A DNA stretch of 63,318 bases, the filler included, from Sluysia triapertura (taxonomy: Eukaryota), in the NCBI GenBank assembly GCA_046118255.1. It is 5 parts of 5 records of this genome, joined end to end, with 100 filler letters (N's around TTAATTAATTAA, not from the genome) between each part and the next. Parts side by side here need not be neighbours in the genome. Positions count along the whole stretch, not along the records: positions 12,083 to 26,633 come from JBJNIA010255298.1; positions 26,734 to 38,385 come from JBJNIA010182435.1; 3 more parts are not named here. One strand, written 5' to 3'. The position numbers and the translations under genes are program-made. How positions within the stretch are numbered: the stretch's first letter is position 1; every line of letters starts with the position of its first letter. This document shows positions 12,083 to 26,739 of this stretch, in pieces. A model generated the notes under the pieces. It saw only the letters and a list, made by a program, of their open reading frames with translations. It was not told where the DNA came from and did no database searches.

Positions 12083-14109
12083 ATTATGGACGAAGTATTG
12101 ATCCATGAGAAACTCTTTGCTTTACATATATCTCATTTGACTTCACATTATTAAATAAAACGTAATGTCTTTTAAGTATGATCCAAACCATTTTATCACA
12201 TTAAATAAGAGACACATTATTTGGAGATATTTCACAATCAATTGTATCAAAACCATCAAAACAGTTATTCTGCAAACATCTGTAAGCATAGTAGTCATTT
12301 TTACCACTAAATAAATAATGTTCATTTTACAATAAACTTAATTTTAATAAAATAATGTTAAAATAATTATTCATCTTAAAATAATTGTTAAAACAATTAT
12401 GCTCAAAAAATTACTAAGATTATAGTGCTTGAGTATTAATTCAAAATGAGATTACATACAGTTTATATAAATTCAAAATTTAATAACAAAGAAGAACCAA
12501 ATTTAAATTAAATTTGTATAAGTCATCATTTTAAATGAGATTCAATGAGGACAATATGAAATTAAAATTTGTAAACATTAAACCTTCCTGTTATGGTTAA
12601 GAAATTATCTTAAAATAAGAATTAATAATAATAATAATATGAAATCAAATTGTAAGAGCATAAAACGCGATCAAAATTAACTTAAATTAAAGATTTGATA
12701 GAGTAGACAAAATTATGTGGAATTAAAATTTATAAACATAATAGAATAAAATTATTTTAAATTATGAATTAATAACAATAACATGAAATTAAATTTTAAT
12801 AACATAAAATCCAATTAGAATTATCTTAAAAACACGATTTAGAGTTAAAAAATCATATTAAATTGGGATTAAAAAGAACTAGTATGTAATTAAAAATTAA
12901 TATTATTTTTGATAAAAACAGACTAGAAATAATTTTTATAATATTAATAGTGATAATAATTTTTATGAATAATTTTTATAATGAATAATTTTTATAATAT
13001 TAACATTGTGATTGGTAAATGAACTATTTATAATTTGTTCCTGTATATAATTTGTCCGATATAATTTTTTCTATATATAATTTGTGCAATATATAAAATA
13101 CATCTAATTATTAACTAAATAAATTATCTATAATTTGTAAAATATTTAAATATGACAAAATAATTTGCAACAACCACAATGACAGCAAAACATTTTGAGG
13201 TGATCAGCATATTATTAATTTCGGAGAAAATCTTCAACAAAATTGACAATCATTTTGTATTACTTGAAAACGCTTCAGTGAATGTGGAAAACGTTTCTGA
13301 TGCTTATCACTAAGACATTGAATTTAAAGGTAAGAATTATTTCTAGTCTTGAATAAAAATAAAATTTAAATCAATACTGTATTTACGAACTTTATTTAAA
13401 ATAGAAGTTAAATTTTCTAATACAAATTATATCATCTATATTCATTTATAATTTGCTTAATAAATAATTGTTTTTATAAATAATTCTTTTATTTCTTGTA
13501 TTAGGAAATGGGTTGAATATAAAGTCGCAAGGTAACGCTAAGTAAATTTTTTTTGGGATTTAGTAATTGTAAGTAAAATTTAATAAAATTTAGGATTAAC
13601 GTCAACGAAAATCTGTATAAAGTAATTAACCAAGTTCAATAATATAAAATAAAATTTAAGAATGTGGTGCATATTAGAACGTATATAAAATTTAAATAAA
13701 TAATCCTTGAAGAATTAAAGATATTTTTAAGCACTTCCATTTCAGACCATCAAAACGAGTATACGAATTCACACTTCTGGATAAGTAAATCTAATATAAA
13801 GTATTTTAATAATAAGACAATAAAAGGAGTTTATACAAGTAAAAGCTTTTACCTTCAAATACGTCTAAGTAGTATTATAAGATTAGAATATTATTAGAAA
13901 AGTCAAGGTATTATTAAGAATTTATATAAGTAAAGAAATTTAAATTGTTACTAAAAGTTATGTTTATAAGAGTTAAGAATTCATTACACGCACATTCAAA
14001 TTCTACGTAAGTTCAGTAAAGTAATTAAAGAGGCAAAAACATAACGCATAAATTTTAAAGATTTAATCGTTAACTAAAGAAGTTTTATTAGTTTTTAGGA
14101 CAAGCATTT

Positions 14110-15025
14110 TATTTATAAGATTAATTTTTTACATATATGCCAATGATGTTTCAAGTATAATCGGATCATATGGTTTTAAATACCATATATATGCTGATGA
14201 CGTTCAAATAAATGCTGAATTTGAAATGAATAACATAGAAAATACTATTCAAAGAACAGAAGAACTAGTATCTGAATTATTTGGAAATATATACTTGAAA
14301 ATCAATGAAGAAAAGTCAGAATTTAATCTTTAATAATAAAAAGCTGCAATACCAAAATAAATGAAACAAATGCGAAACAAAAAGTACGATATATAGGCTG
14401 TTATATGGATCCAAACATGAACATGGAAGAAAATATTAATTGTATTGTTAAAAGTGTAAATATCACATATTTGAAAATTTATTAATAAAGAAACAGCTAA
14501 ACTTTTTGTTCATTCATTGATAACTAGCAACATAGATTTTAACAATGGTTTATTGTATTCATTTTCATATAGAAAAGTAAAAAAATTACAATTAATAATT
14601 AATCAAGCAGCAAGACTAATTCTCCAAGTGGGAAGAAGATCTCAAGTAACACCTTTTCCTAAGGAATTACATTGGTTGCCAATAAAATCAAGAATAGAAT
14701 TCAAAATAATGACAATAATTTACAATAATTACGAGGAGGTCCTGAATAACTCTTAGAAATAATGCAAAAATTGGAAACCAAGATGAATATTTCATTGAGA
14801 CATAATAATAATCTATACAGAACTAAGTGACAGATTGTATATCGTTTATGTTTCAAAAAACACAACCAGTACTACCAGAGAATGTCAAATTACTGGAAGA
14901 TTATGAAATATTAAAGAAAAGGCAAAGTTGTTTCTGTTTCAGAAATATTATAATGAATGGTTTATTTTAAGCGCTTTTGAGTACTTACTTTGTAGTAGAT
15001 ATGAGCGCAATATAAATTAATATAT
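14110..15025 (+). mobile_element. 5'-truncated L2/Crack-type non-LTR retrotransposon remnant
   Basis: RT motif YHIYADDVQI (YADD at 14190-14201), LKINEEKSE, KKLQLIINQAARLI, ELHWLPIKSRIEFK; 3' tail AAGCGCTTTTGAG...GAGCGCAATATAAAT typical of the L2 group; several stops and frameshifts. Confidence 0.9.
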
Positions 15026-16509
15026 TTTTATTATTAATATTATATTAATTTTCATTTATTTTGGATATCGTTGTTCATTTCACAATTTGTTATTAAGTAC
15101 GGTTTTGTTTTTATTTATTTTATAACATTTTAATTTTGATTTTTTTTATGTTGTTGCTTTCGTATATGTTTAGTTTTAATTTTGATTTTATTATTATTTC
15201 ACAAAATAATGAAGTTATGGCAATCTGCGATGTGTCCTTGGTTCATTATTTAAAAAAAATTCAATATCAGCACCTTCTGACAAGGAATGAATGCGAATGA
15301 AGCAACAAATAATCATTTTGGATTTATTTAAATCATCTAAAATCAGAACTTCGTGGCACAATATAATTAATATTATCCTTGATGAAGCATATGATTATAA
15401 ACATTCGTAAAATATAACGAATTTTGAATTTATTTGTAATTTTGTTTATTCAAATATCGATAAAAGAAGATGGTTTATTAAAATATTGTAACACCTCCTC
15501 ATTCATTACATAATTCAACCTGTTTTTGTTACGTCAGACCATCTTTCGTGATGACTCATCGTCGATAATATTTCTGCCGCTGTTTCATATACTGTAGATT
15601 TTTCTGTAACGAGGAAAAGTGAATTGGCGTCATCAAAGATAAATAGAAATAGTCATCTACAAATTTTCTGTACATCATCATCATCATCATCATCATCACC
15701 ATCACCATTGAATATCTTTAATAAATAAATTCGTAGAAAAACAGATAAAATATTTGGTGTTTGCGTGTGTGAGTGTGTTCTATTGACAGTACAACGATAT
15801 TGTTAATTCTCAGTGTATTTCGCAGAATCTGACTGTTACTATAAATAATTTACTTTACACTCTGTTATAAATCCAGCAAACATATTTTCTTTACATTTGT
15901 ATTTTTCTTATCCCCGTTTATCGACTGCATCTTCATAATCGATCTACTTGAATAAATATTCAAATATTCATCATAATCTGTTCGCAGTTCTCACTATGAA
16001 TTGCGAAATGTGAAATTAGTATGAAGATTCAACAATAGCGATAAAATCAAAATAAATTATCTAAGAGAATATTTAAAGATATGTTGGTATCGTATCCATG
16101 GGCCACTAGTTCACCCATTCAGGCCCACACATTCATACTGCACTGAACCATAAACATTAATTTAAAATAACATAATAGATGAAGATGACGACATCGAATA
16201 TCATTTTTAAAAAATTTTATTGATCAAACAACACCTTAAAGAACATTTGAAATACTGAGGCTTTAAAATATACAAATTACTAGACTAAGACCATTTTTAT
16301 GATAAAATTCAACATTTTTCGAGGACTATGAAACTATTAATCAAAAGTGTATAAATGTTGGAAAATAACTAATTTCTCCAAAAAATGCTGGTGAAAGTAA
16401 AATAATAGATAAATATACTGAGATCCAAAACATACAGAAATTTTATTCATGTAGAATGTGATAACACAATTTACTACAAATCAAATATGTACAAACTGTT
16501 GTATGATTA

Positions 16510-16680
16510 CTCTGTCGGCCATGGATAAGCTTGTGGCACAAGTCTTTGATCTTGTCATCGCGATGCCATACTTTTATCAAGGTTTCACTAAGTTTCGTCC
16601 TCGTGATTGGTTTATGGGTAAAAACTTTCATTTTGACAATCTCCCACAGATTCTTTATGGGATTCATGTCTGGGTAGCAA
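16510..16680 (-). mobile_element. Tc1/mariner transposase C-terminal remnant
   Basis: PDMNPIKNLWEIVK...LSETLIKVW...CHKLI matches the SPDLNPIENLW motif and following helices. Confidence 0.8.
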
Positions 16681-17739
16681 ATATTAAAAAACCAAAGACA
16701 AACATATGTTTCCTGTCCAATGATTTGGGCACTGGAATTTTACGGAAAACTAGAATTTTTAAGAATTTAAGAATATTTAGAATTTTACCAAATGCTTATG
16801 ACCATTGTGGAGTAAAATTACTCTTAATGATAATAATAATACTCACAAATTTGATTAGCATATGCAGCAGAAAAGGGAACCAGAATTAAGATAAAAACAT
16901 ACAGAAACCCTGAATAAACCTAATAAATTTAACATATGTCAAATTCAAAAATAGATTAATTAATTAAAATATTGATCAACTTAATCAAGGCGAATAGTAT
17001 TGCAAAATAATGTTTGAATAAATGATAAATATGTATGAAAAAACTTTTAACAGAGCTGTGATTTGAATAAGTTTACGAGTAAGTAGCACTTTAATTGATT
17101 AAATGAGAAATAAAGTATTAATTTGCTTGTAGTTTGAAAGATGCAATGAGATGATGGATATGCATGAGAGTGATCTGAAATTGAACTCGTAAACATTTTG
17201 TTAGAATTTTAGAATCTTAAAAATGTTTTCCTTAAAAATGCATTCTGAATCACGGAAAATCGACGAAATTCGAAAATCTAAATTCTATTACTTATGCATT
17301 TAATAGAAAAATTAATTATTTTATTTGATAAGTACTTTTTATAGAATTACAGATCATGATCATGATGATAATTATAATGATGACGATGACGATGTTGATG
17401 CCACTGTAAATTTATTTGATGTTTGTTTTTATTAAATTATGTTAGGAAAATAACCTTAATAAATAAAATTTTTGGCAATTTTGATTAATAATTAACAATT
17501 TAATTTGTTATAAGCATTTTATTTATTGACTAATTTTATTACTGAATTTGATATTAATAATGGAAGAGTTATTCTGAATTTGAATTGCATTGTGAAATAA
17601 ATTAGTAACGATAATAATATTTTAATAAATTATCAAACAGTTTCTCATTCTGATGCATTTGTTGTTGTTGTTGTTACATTGAACTTAGACATCATAAACA
17701 ATTTGAACAACGCAAAAGGACTAATCAAATATGTATTTT

Positions 17740-18060
17740 AAGTATCTTCGCGCACTATTTGATGAAGTAATTGTATTGTGGATAAAAATAAATTATTTTT
17801 CTCATTTCTGTTGAGCCCCAAAACGAATCAATATTTTATTCATCATTTTGTTAAGAATTAATTCTGTAAAACATCCATTTCCAATTTATCAACAATATTT
17901 AACACAATGTAACCGATTTTCTATCGAATAACTTCTGCTGGATTAAACATAGACGCCAAATAACGAAATTTAATTATTCTCGGTTCAGATTACACTTCAA
18001 TTATACAAAGAGTTGACTCAGTGTGGTTTGTTTTCTTTAATATTCGTTATGGACTCGAAT
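17740..18060 (-). mobile_element. Possible highly decayed RTE-type LINE RT fragment
   Basis: KFRYLASMF resembles the KFKYLGS motif; downstream residue pattern only weakly fits. Confidence 0.3.
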
Positions 18061-18919
18061 AAATTATTTACCAACTTAAACAACTTTAGAAATGTAAAAA
18101 AATATTTCCAAAATTGTTTTATAATCTTTTAATAAATTAATAATCAACTTTATAATTGTTTTAATTAATGAATAAATTACTTCATAAGACCTTTCTATTC
18201 AAAATTATATTCAATAATTTTGAAAGTTTGTCTAGTTATTATTATTGAACATGTGGCTTTATTATTTCTATTTTATAATATCAAATTGTAGTTCAATAAT
18301 TAAACAAATTGGGAATCTCAATATATTTCTATATATCATATTGAATTAACAAATATTCTTTTATATATTTATAAATTCAACTATTCTTTAATAACTATAT
18401 GTTTGCAATATAAAATTTCAATATACTTTTTTGATTATCACAATTAATAACTGTTCTTTTACAGTAATATATTCTTAATATTATATATCCTCAATCACTG
18501 ACAAATTTTAAATTTATAAAAATTGCCAGTGGTGACACAGCACATGCTGAGTTGTAATAAGTTGAGATTACATTGTGTAATTATTATTATTTTTAAATTT
18601 TATAGTTATTTTATAAATTATTTCAAAGTAAAAAATATTTAATTGTAAATATTAAATTAAATATGTTATTTATAAATATTACGTTTTGTAAAAATATTAA
18701 AATTTTTAAATATTAAAATCAATATTTTGTTTTAACGTATCAATTAATTAATAATAGCTACCATAATGAAAATTTTCTATGTAGATAAGGCAATTTTCAT
18801 TACGGAGACCAGAATTTAATTTTCAATCATCCATTAATAATCTCTTGTTAGATCAGTTCCATACAAAAATAATTTTGTTTTATTTAAGTTTATAAATTAT
18901 TACTAAAAATATTTGACTT

Positions 18920-19242
18920 TGTGCTAGACCATAATCGGTTAGCTTAATCTATTTTTTAAAATCATTCATGAATGTTAAGGAGCTTACTCTTTAAATATTA
19001 TTAAATTTTTTACAGTTATTATAATTTTTATTTTTTGCTTTATTTTATATTATTGAGAATTTTTGATCATTTGTAAATGGTCTAACAGCGAATTAGTTAA
19101 AATAATTTCATTTTCTTTACAGAATTATTTACATCAAAATCTTGTAACTGTACGCTAGACTTGAACGGGTAGCTCATTTGTATGTGTTAAAATATTATAA
19201 AATTTAATTTAATTGAACGCTATACCATAACGGCTAGTTTGA
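18920..19242 (-). repeat. Three dispersed ACTAGCC...ACGGTCTAG palindromic units
   Basis: Reverse complements of the units at 34530-34695. Confidence 0.5.
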
Positions 19243-21954
19243 GTTATTTAATAAATTTGTTAGTCGACAGAAATATTCACTACATTCACTCTACACTAAT
19301 ATTTACCTAATATAGTGTAATGTAAAAATAAAATAGGCATCATTGATGAATCAAGATAACAAAATAAGTGTATAAAATATTTGCAACAAAACAAAAAAAT
19401 GAAAGATACGAAGAATTCGTGCATAATGAGGAGTTTTATTAGCATTTTTGATGAAGTCTTATGAAGCACGTCAACGCAGATAACGTAAAATTTAGTTATT
19501 TTAATTAGATTTTATAATTCAAAATCAAAGTTATATATGTTCTGATGTTTACATACAATTACGTATAAATACACATAACATATATGTCAAAATATGTGAA
19601 AAATTAAAATTTTTAGTATATTGAATAACACACTATATTACAAATAAAAATCAATATTTTGTCAAAATCATTAATACTATGTCTGTATTTAATTATGTAA
19701 TTATTAGATTTAATATATATTAGATTTAATATATTATATATGGACTTAAAATATTAACCATACTGTTAGAAAAGTAAAGAATAAATCGAAAGTTTAGCGT
19801 GAGTTCACCAACGTACTGGGCTTACCAGTTAGGGCCAGCCGTCGGATTTGATAAATTAAAAGAAAATGTCAAGGATTACTGAAAAAGCCTTTAACTGTCC
19901 GGAGGTAAATTAGAATTAACGTTAATTAAAAAATGTTAATTAAATTCCTTTTCTTAAAAATTAATGATAAAGTATATTCGGTGATTTTACGTAGATTCTT
20001 TTATACGGAATCTTTAAATTGATTTTGCGTGGCTAGAAATAAACTCTAATCTTTTGAAAACATAAAAAGCGACTAATTTTATATTTAAAACTATAAAAGT
20101 TAAGATATAAACACAAGTAATTATTAATAATTTATTCTCTAATAAAAAAAATTTAAAAATATACATAAGTTTATAATAATAACATAATTTTACCAATTAA
20201 CTACGGGAGTTAATTAATAATAAAAATTTTAATATATTTTACGTGCGATCTGTGATAAAATCGAAAAAATTAATTAAAATGATTTTTCATAAGATTTTGA
20301 TAATTATACGCTGAGGTATCGTCCTTACAATAATTAACTAAAGTAAACTTTATATGAATATCGGATTCGAAAAATATTGTGGCGTAGCCGGATCAGAATG
20401 ATTTTCTAAATGGATTTGTAAAAGATACAACCAGGTAATTTTTAAGTTTTTAGAAAATGTTATTGTGTCTTTGATTAAAAAATGCTGTATATTTATATAG
20501 TTTTAATCCGACCTTGATCGGATTAAAACAAATGTTAAAATAATTTAATTAAAACAAATGTTAAAATTTTTTAATTTTAAAAAATTGATGTTTTACGTTA
20601 GTTCAATTGAAATTAAAACTAAAATTAAAATTAAATAAATAATTAAAATTAAATAATTACTTACAAAAAGTTCCAGATTATAAAAATTTCCAATAAAATA
20701 TAAAATAAATTAATAATATTTAATAATAGTATCAAAGATTGTTACAATAATATTTAATGAATACGAACAGGTACAAATTAATCAATAATTGTAATTGTTA
20801 GCATATCAGTAAAACAGGCACAAATTAATCAATAACAAATTAATCAATAATAAATAATTGTAATTTGTAATTGCTACAATATTTATATTAAGTTATTAAA
20901 ATTAAATTCATTGTAAAAATTAAATTTTAAACGAATAAATATTCAATTAAAATTAATTGTAAAATTAAACTTTTGTTTAAACGTATAAATTTCAAGAACA
21001 TGCCAACAAATGTGTAAACATACAAATTCTTCATATAACCACCATTTTTATTTATATTTCAAGCTTATTGTCTCGGAATAATGTTTGGAAAATTTTACTT
21101 TTGCAAATTATTCTACCTATACCAGTAACTTGATTTTTCCAACATTAATTCAATTTGATTCAAATAATTCATTTGTTAGTTTACATTTTTAAGTTTATAC
21201 CTTTTATAGGTAGAAAAAATTACTTAACTTTTAATTTATAATCCTTTATGTGGAACTTTTAAAGTGGTTTTGAAATATTTAATTACTAAAGATACTGATT
21301 ATATATTAATAAACCAAAATCCTATTAATTGATTATGTTGAGTTATCTTTCAAAATATTTAAATTAAATAGATATTAATTTTAATTAACTACAAAAATAA
21401 ATCAATTGTTTATATACTCCCTCTATCAAACATCAATAATTTTCTTAATTACTATTAATATTAATTATTCTTTCTGAAACTAAATGTTTTAAAAAGAAAA
21501 TCAAATTAAAAGCAAAAACCAAATAATTTATTAATTAAACAAAATATCAATTATAGATTCCTATTATTACAATTTTCTATCAGATGCTACTAAAAATGAC
21601 TAAATCGATTACAAATTAATATCAACACAAATTAATGATTATAATAATTACAATTTAACGTTATTATAAATTAATATTAGGCACTACTAAAAGTTATTGG
21701 ATCACTTACAAATCGAGATGATTATTAACACAAATTAATATTACAAAAAAAAATGATTAGATCGATTACAAACAAACGCTATTACAAATTAATATTATTA
21801 CAAAACTTTGTTAAGTCGTACTAAATAAAAATACTTAAAAGCAATTAAATTAAATACAAATTAATCTTATCACAGAATTTATTCTTTTGGTTGTTATTGT
21901 GTTTGTACAAATTTATAAGTGTTAAGATTATAAAAATTAGTCTGTTTTTGAATT

Positions 21955-23380
21955 TTATATATGAAATTCTGTATGCATCTTTTTAAGTGCAGGCCTAAGA
22001 TCTTCGTTTACATTCATGACGTAGATATAAGTTGAGGGCGTGCAAGCGAATTCAATGAAATAAATAGTCTTGTAAGTATATTTAAGGAAGAAAATTATGC
22101 AGGTAAACTTAAACTCATAATCACATAATCTAAGTTCTAGTGCCTTAACATATAGTGTATTATACTTCATTCCTAATTTATTGGTTGAAATTGCCATGGC
22201 TTTCTTTTGGAATTCATGGAGACTGAGATAATTATAGTTTCTTTCTTACTTAATACACTCGCTGAGATTATTTTTAGTTCTCTATAAGGGACGAGGCAAC
22301 TATGATAGCCATAAACATAGTATTTTGTTAATTTTTTAATTTTAAGCACATTTAATAATAACTGTTTAATTATCAACATATTGTCATAAAATTCAGTAAC
22401 AGGTTTATTAATTAATCTTAAAGTTTTTATACGGAGATTGGAAAAATAAAAGATGTAAACTTATATTCGGATTATAATTAAGACATTTTTGTTAACATTA
22501 ATTAAGTTATCTGAATTTTCGTATATATCTCTCACTTGATTCATTTTCCAGGTCACGTCCAATTCTACTAAAATAAAATTATAATAGATAATAAGTTTAT
22601 AACTAACAAAAAATAATGAGTCGTAATCATTCGAGCTTTGTTCAATTGTCACATCGATGGAGTAATTACTTAATCTCAAATCAGTTGAGGTATAGTTATT
22701 AGCTACAAGGTAGTCAAATGAATTGGTTCCTTTAACATTTAGTTTCTTATAATTAAATTTTGTTACAGATGGATTTTTATTCTCATATAGAATCATATAT
22801 AGTCATTAAGTTTAGAATTATCAGGATTACTTATGAATTCATTCGACATTTTCAATAGTTTTTCTCCCTTTTGTGTTTCGTCAAACTTAACTAACTTTAT
22901 TATATTATTAAAATCATCAAAACTACACAACAAGATATTTTGTTCAAATACATATGATATATCGAATAATCCTTGATTCGTAATAACTTTATTAGGATCC
23001 ACATTTAGCATTCTTAAATAAACTTCAAAATCTAACCTTATTATATCATCATTTACGCGTAAATTGTAAGTACTAATTTCTTCGAAACTGCTAACTAAGT
23101 AGTGTACACTGTCACTTGACAAAATGAAATAGTCTAAATCAAATACGATTAGATGTCTTATATTATTTTTAAACTCGTTCATATGCTTATTATCCAAACT
23201 CGACATATAAGATTTATTAAATAGTTTCTTTGTGCATTTGCCAATGTGATGACTTGATTGAGGATGCATTTTACCAGATGAATTTATGTTCTTAATTAGA
23301 TGATAATTGGCTGTCAAAATTTTTGTTATAACTCGTCTGGGTAATTTAATTGCTGTAATCGTATTTATTGAAATTTTCAA
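21955..23380 (-). pseudogene. Run of four co-oriented intronless orphan ORFs, cargo of cassette A1
   Basis: ORFs 22793-23380, 22461-22796, 22173-22379, 21955-22197; no recognisable family. Confidence 0.5.
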
Positions 23381-23595
23381 CTGTCTAACTAAATTAATTG
23401 AGTTTTATCTGGCAGTTTTTACGTTAAACATCAAAATTAGTTAATTGCCTTTGTGAAGAACTTTTCGATGAATCCAACTTTTCGTAAGTAGTCTGTCTGG
23501 AAAATTTAAATCGTTGGTATTAAAATTTTTATTGTGTATTGTCTAACTTTTGTGGTTACTATTTTTAACTTTTTGATGTTGTATTGTCCAGTCTG

Positions 23596-23708
23596 CCCAA
23601 TCTGATTGGGTGACGAAGAATTTAATTTTTATTTAACTATATACCATCATCATCAGTAATGATGTGCGGTGACAATGATGAATGAGATGTCACTACTGAT
23701 GATGGTGG
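23596..23708 (-). promoter_or_regulatory. Hairpin + inverted CCAAT module of cassette A1
   Basis: CCCAATC-T-GATTGGG 23596-23610; inverted repeat 23644-23658 / 23694-23708 (14/15 match). Confidence 0.65.
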
Positions 23709-26558
23709 CGACAATTTTCAATTTAAATTATTTTTATAAAAATAATTAATGATAAAATAATAAAAGTACAATGATAGTAATAATAATAATAAGAATAACG
23801 ACAACGATAATATTGTTATTATTATTTAAATAAAATTCACATAAATCTCTTGGGCATCATCAAACATGATCTTTTCTGTTGAAATCTTTACTTTTCTGAG
23901 ATATATAAAATAAAGGAAATAAGACAAATGTTGTATCGTGAAGGAACATCAACAACTAAGTGTATAATGTATCATATATGGTTGTTGCTTCACGGAATAA
24001 TAATGAAATCTTTTAAATTGTTTAAAGTTTGTTTGAAAGATGCAATGGTTTAGGTTGTTAATGAATTGAAGAATGTTAAGGTAGTTTATTGAAACTTAAT
24101 TAAGGTTTATACATTGAAAACAAGATTTATGCATTAAATTGAATAGTTTTAAATGCTTATTGAAAGATTGAATTTATTTTAATTTTGAATGATGATTACA
24201 AAATAAGTTTTAGTATATTATAATGTTGTTGTGAATGATGCATAGTGTGACTGAAATAAATTTAGGTCGGTGTTGTGGATTAAAGTTTTAAATGGAAATG
24301 ACATATGATTGTGAGGTATTTTTTTGGGATTAATTAATAATGCTATTAATTTCGTGATTTGTAAGGTTTATATTATGATTGCGATTTGTCTATTGAAATG
24401 TTTGGTGAATGAATGTTGAAGTTTGTTATGTTAGAAATGGTTGAGATATTAGGTGCTTTGTTGCTGTATATGAGTTGATAAGGTGTTATGATTATCTAAT
24501 GTTGATTTAAAGTATTTGAGCAAGTGTATTTCGGAAGTATAAAATATGATTTTTATGAGAATTGTGTTTTAGTGAAATTTGATTTATGAACGTTAGGTTT
24601 AATATTTTGATTGGGCTTGGATTATGAGTGTTGACCACTACAATATGAAATAATTATTATTAAAAATTTTTTATAACTATTAAATCTACACACAATAATT
24701 TCAGAAACTGCACTCTTTTGTACATTCATAAATTCATAAATTTCTAACTAAACATTTTAAATCATATCTTCATAAACACATTTGGAGGTGTAATCTATAA
24801 TTATTTCTCATAAATATTAATTTTTTTTATTTTGAAAATGTAAAATTAACATTTAATTTAAAATAATTTCTAAATATAATAATTACATATTCAACAATTG
24901 CATAAATATTTTATAGATTAAAATAAACTTATTGTTTTTTATTAAAATTTATAAATAACATGCTATTGTTAACTAAAGTTTTTGAAAAATTAAATTATAA
25001 AAGATTAATCAAGTAAAACAAAAAATATATATATATAACAATAATTAATTGATAAAATTTTAGCACGAAATTATTTTTGTAATTTTATAAATAATTAATA
25101 ATTAAAAGAATAACAATTTTTTTTAAATAATATTTTTTAAAAATTTTTTATTTAAAAGTTGCCTCTACAAGTAAGACAATACAAACAAATTTTAATTAAT
25201 AAAAAATTATTATTAACCTTGTTAATATTCTTGTCCTCCATTATTTTATACATTAATATTTTTAATTTAAATTTTATTTAATACATTACTTTGTTTTTAT
25301 TTCAAAATAAAACAAATACGAATTTTAAGAAATTTAATTTATCTTATAAAGTAAATTATTAGTATTATTTAGACAAAGTGAATGGTTTTAAGTAAATATA
25401 ACCCTTAATTTAATAAATAATAATTATAATTAAATAATAATTATAATAAATTCTTGTAAATTTTGTCTATGAACAGTGTCATTAATTTATTGAGTACAGT
25501 TGCAGTTGTTTTAAGAAAACTTTGCTGTTAATTTTTATTCTTGTCACGTGATAAGATATTGCAGTAGTACCGAAATGAGTTTTGAACGGTCATTTAATAA
25601 GAATAATTTTATTATTCAATTTGTATTATTCAGTATATATCATAGTATAAATTGTAGAACTTTAGTTGCTCATCTGACAAAAAGAATATAATAAAATAAA
25701 ATAAAAATTAGAATAAAAATAAAATGTGCACTTGGTGCACTTAATAATAAATGATAATATATGTACAATTAAAATGTGTGTATTATAGTAATCCTTTGTA
25801 AATGAAAAACAGTAATAAAATAGTAATTGGTAGTGCAAAATAGTTATAAATATTTAATAATATTATAAACAAGATCAATAAATCAATAAAGTTAAAAAAA
25901 TATAAATTAAAATAAATTATATTTTTAACAAAAACCTTCTTTATAAATATTTAAGTAAATTTTTCTCCTAATTCTTCATATATTTTCATCATAAAAATGC
26001 TTTAAATTTTTGTATCTTTAATTATTTAAGCATTGTCTTTTAAATCAAGGTAGAATAAATTAGACAATATTTTGTTACAATTTTTCTTATTCCAGTCACT
26101 CTCTCCATTTCACTTTTATATTGAAACATTTTTAATATAGATTTAAACTTATATTATTTATTCAAATAAATCTCATTAATTTAATTATTTAATATAAAAT
26201 ATTAAATAATTTTCTATGATAAAAATATCAAAAATAAATAAATCTGAAGTTAGAATATACTTTATTAAACTTCTTATAACAAATTTGTTTAATTAACATA
26301 TTAGTTAATTTATAAAATAAAATTCTAAGATTGTTAATTTTGATAATTAATTTTTAAGTAAATTAATATTATTATATAACGTAATATCATACATTTATTT
26401 TTAAATTATATTCATGTGTAAAACAATACAATTCTTATTTATAATTTTCCCTTAACAATATTATAATTTACATAAGATATTACTGTTACAAAAACATATG
26501 CAGTACATTTTTTTAAATTACGTCGGAACTCATTATATTTTCCGCGAATCATCTTAAA

Positions 26559-26560
<2 letters not shown>

Positions 26561-26624
<64 letters not shown>

Positions 26625-26633
26625 GTTGTTGTT
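26561..26633. repeat. (ATT)n(GTT)n microsatellite at contig end
   Basis: Direct reading. Confidence 0.9.
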
Positions 26634-26733
26634 NNNNNNNNNNNNNNNNNNNNNNNNNNNNNNNNNNNNNNNNNNNNTTAATTAATTAANNNNNNNNNNN
26701 NNNNNNNNNNNNNNNNNNNNNNNNNNNNNNNNN
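26634..26733. other. Assembly spacer
   Basis: N run with TTAATTAATTAA linker. Confidence 0.97.
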
Positions 26734-26739
26734 TTGAAA

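Larger units (their letters stand above)
20378..24642 (-). mobile_element. Candidate complete TG...CA cargo element (cassette A1) with 4-bp TSD
   Basis: ATAT|TGTGGCG at 20378 ... GACCACTACA|ATAT at 24642; contains ACAAATTAAT tandem arrays (~20770-20880, ~21540-21870), cargo ORFs, promoter module and arm A (23840-24642). Right end is secure by homology; left end rests on TSD plus terminus only. Confidence 0.55.

Noticed and set aside
13170-13790. Small multi-exon gene suggested by several AG/GTAA junctions
   Set aside because: Could not assemble a stop-free spliced frame or recognise a product
16458-16889. 143-aa plus-strand ORF
   Set aside because: Antisense shadow of the Tc1 transposase remnant; no coding features
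8017-24642. One 16.6-kb element pairing arm B1 with arm A1
   Set aside because: Spans an assembly spacer, so adjacency is unverified, and A1 has a nearer candidate end at 20378
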